Virus record (IMG/VR): IMGVR_UViG_3300049489_000494 | Coordinates: 1-58,295 of that record | Length of the DNA stretch: 58,295 nt | Reading direction: 5' to 3' (one strand) | DNA from: a virus | Taxonomy: Duplodnaviria > Caudoviricetes | Part shown: piece after piece, positions 57,136 through 58,295 of the stretch | Layout of the letters: each line of letters opens with the position of its first letter | How positions within the stretch are numbered: the first letter of the stretch is position 1 | Notes under the pieces: generated by a model | The model's database searches: none | What the model was told of the DNA's origin: nothing | Seen by the model: only the letters and a program-made list of their open reading frames with translations | Position numbers and translations under genes: made by a program

Positions 57136-58028
57136 TAGAACATAGAGAGACTCATAGGAGTAATCATTGATGACATAGAAATCATAGATAATCACCTCTA
57201 TGCCCCTATGCCCTACTGGCGGGGTTAATTATATGATACATAGATTCATAGTATAGTTATACACTACATAGTAGTATCACTAGTGATACATTGAATCTAA
57301 GTATCTATGTAGTACTACATAGCAGTACCTATTGAATAGGGGCTCACTAGGTACACTACCTCATCTCTCGACATCCTACCTATCTCTACTCCTATTCCTA
57401 CTTATATATGCATTCTACCTATTAATTGAGTACTGGTTGTCAATAATGTACCTATTCGTGGGGGCGATATTACTCGGTCTCTATAGGGGCTCTATCTATC
57501 GAATATCATTATATATAGGAGCTAGTTACCAGTCCGACTCATAGCACCTCCCCGAGAATGTGAGGGGGTAACTTGCGATCTAGTCGAACATCAACCCACT
57601 TCCCGATTGGTCGATTGGCCAGTCAATTCATATATTCGATCCTACCACCCATTCATGATGCAATACCGCACGTGCGGTGACTAGTGTGTTGTGTTAGTAG
57701 TGGGGAGAAGTACGTCACCCCCCAATATCCTACGGTATACACGATGCAGTGACGCCTCTCCCTATTCATTATATACTATCCAACAATTGCCCAATTATAT
57801 GACGCATGTCTATATAGAGGGATATTCTATTAATATTCCAGTGATATCATATACATACGCACAATTAACTCATATAATTGACTAATCCATCGTCAATTCA
57901 CCCCTCAATGATTCCGCATAGTTAGCTAATCACCCCTAGAATTCATCAATGATATCACGGCTGGCATTAGTCCTGCAATATCTAGTTACGTCAGGCGATG
58001 AGTTAACCAGATAGAATGAGGTGAACTA

Positions 58029-58175
58029 ATGAGAATCGATTACTACATAGACAGCACAGGGTTCTATTGGGCTTGTATTCATAACGGTGATAGTACATAT
58101 AAGCATATCTATCTAGGTATGACTAATCGTGAGCAAACGCGAATTGATATGATACATAGATTGGGGGTGATATGA
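58029..58175 (+). CDS. small hypothetical protein (48 aa, MRIDYYIDSTG...)
   Basis: GAGGTG RBS; ATGA-coupled to gene 1 across the circular junction. Confidence 0.6.
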   Translation: MRIDYYIDSTGFYWACIHNGDSTYKHIYLGMTNREQTRIDMIHRLGVI

Positions 58176-58295
58176 CCGAATTACTGACACAGAATGGGAA
58201 GATGCGGAAATCATCTGAGAATAGTGAATATGTAACATATAACTGGGGTATACCCGCATATAAGTCGAGGACAGGACTAGTCACATGCCCTATGG
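58169..58295. repeat. second copy of the 127-bp terminal overlap
   Basis: Identical to bases 1-127. Confidence 0.95.

Noticed and set aside
57590-57655. tRNA-like TTCGATCC loop
   Set aside because: No T-stem, acceptor stem or anticodon arm can be built around it
57332-57885. ORFs 57332-57544 and 57691-57885
   Set aside because: TTG/GTG starts without an RBS and no recognisable motifs; more likely non-coding control DNA
1-58168. Stop-codon reassignment suggested by the abundance of TAG
   Set aside because: Long genes are intact under the standard code, and TAG terminates several genes (e.g. capsid, adaptor, scaffold)
1-58168. Temperate lifestyle inferred from PolA Leu762 and the divergent promoters
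   Set aside because: No integrase, ParA/ParB or clear CI-type repressor was seen, so lifestyle is left undetermined
2611-58171. Many GGGGTGAT/ATCACCCC words counted as part of the 9-mer family
   Set aside because: The four-G form resembles a Shine-Dalgarno sequence and common Gly-Asp/Gly-Val codons, so it was left out of the count; only exact GGGGGCGAT copies were used
58169-58295. Terminal direct repeat as a biological DTR
   Set aside because: It is exactly 127 bp and cuts through a coupled gene pair, which fits an assembler k-mer overlap; the true ends cannot be determined from this sequence

Overview
This window looks like a complete, circularly assembled tailed-phage genome of about 58,168 bp. 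Bases 1-127 are repeated exactly at 58169-58295, most likely as an assembler k-mer overlap. The + strand (about 58029/1-21669) holds early, accessory and replication genes: GP88-like, DUF932, DUF6745 plus partner, SLT, ClpP-like, Cas4-like exonuclease, family A DNA polymerase, RuvC-like, DinG-like helicase, metallophosphoesterase and lipoproteins. The - strand (56946-21653) holds a podovirus-like virion module: small terminase-like, ClpP, decoration-like paralogs, intein-containing large terminase, portal, scaffold, major capsid, fibres, adaptor, a very large nozzle-like protein and ejection proteins. I recognised no integrase, RNA polymerase, primase, tRNA or CRISPR array. Three signals are not explained by ordinary annotation. 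(1) Five dispersed copies of a 12-bp tandem-repeat mini-gene encoding (D/G)-S-V-(W/R/Y/S) tetrapeptides surround a DUF6745 gene that itself lacks such repeats. (2) A GC-rich 9-mer, GGGGGCGAT, occurs at least 16 times across the genome, in both orientations and several reading frames. (3) AAAA/TTTT runs are almost absent from an AT-rich genome. All counts were made by eye, and family names come from motif recognition, not database searches.
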